Shown here: piece after piece, positions 63,690 to 64,000 of the stretch
How positions within the stretch are numbered: the stretch's first letter is position 1
Layout of the letters: every line of letters starts with the position of its first letter
Source of the DNA: Octopus sinensis
Lineage: Eukaryota
Direction of reading: 5' to 3'
Assembly: GCF_006345805.1 (NCBI RefSeq)
Contig: NC_043004.1
Location: forward strand, 26,908,001 to 26,972,000
Length of the DNA: 64,000 nucleotides
Translations under genes and position numbers: made by a program
Notes under the pieces: generated by a model
The model's database searches: none
What the model was told of the DNA's origin: nothing
Seen by the model: only the letters and a program-made list of their open reading frames with translations

Positions 63690-63895
63690 TTATAGACTAC
63701 AACTCAATATAGTTCTATATTTAAGACATGAGGAATTATGTACATTATTTACATTATTTTACATTTGATGGATAATTATCCTCATCTTGTTTGTTGTTAA
63801 CACAATGTTTTGGCTGATATACCCTCCAGCCTTCATCAGGTGTCTTGGGGAAATTACGAACCTAGATTCTCATTCCTAAGGTATTTTTCAATGTT
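63690..63895 (-). mobile_element. PLE-type terminal repeat fragment
   Basis: Contains the hammerhead-like motif at 63799-63844 and abuts an (ATT)n tract at 63893-63972. Confidence 0.6.
63799..63844 (-). ncRNA. minimal type I hammerhead ribozyme motif, degenerate (GAAACGU changed to AAAACAU)
   Basis: - strand GACAC CUGAUGA A GGCUG gaggguauau CAGCC AAAA CAU U GUGUU; stem I GACAC/GUGUU, stem II GGCUG/CAGCC. Confidence 0.7.
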
Positions 63896-63919
63896 GTTGT
63901 TGTTATTATTATTACTATG

Positions 63920-63953
<34 letters not shown>

Positions 63954-64000
63954 TATTATTATTATTATTATTGAGTGATAGAGCAGTACATGCCATCAAA

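Overview
AT-rich, repeat-saturated eukaryotic DNA with no intact protein-coding gene that I can identify. The SINE families, (GAT)n-tailed RTE LINEs and dense microsatellites strongly suggest an octopus (coleoid cephalopod) intron or intergenic region; this is inferred from recognition, not a database search. Nearly all listed ORFs are microsatellite artefacts or decayed transposon ORFs. Contents: about 8 fragments of REL-endonuclease (R4/Dong-like) non-LTR elements, mostly next to (TAA)n; many RTE LINE fragments; an RTE/BovB-like copy; a CR1-like 3' end; two Penelope-like elements (PLE); mariner, Tc1, Tigger and hAT relics; three tRNA-derived SINE families; a 43-bp satellite of about 36 copies; and a degenerate 30-bp repeat. 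The most noteworthy structures are: two minimal hammerhead-ribozyme motifs at PLE ends, both with G12 changed to A; a PLE that splits a SINE through its internal microsatellite; fold-back duplications at retroelement ends; and many long inverted repeats or hairpins that would be dsRNA (ADAR-type) substrates if transcribed. A few isolated exon candidates exist on both strands but are unconfirmed. I found no firm evidence of a new biological system. Boundaries of decayed elements are approximate.
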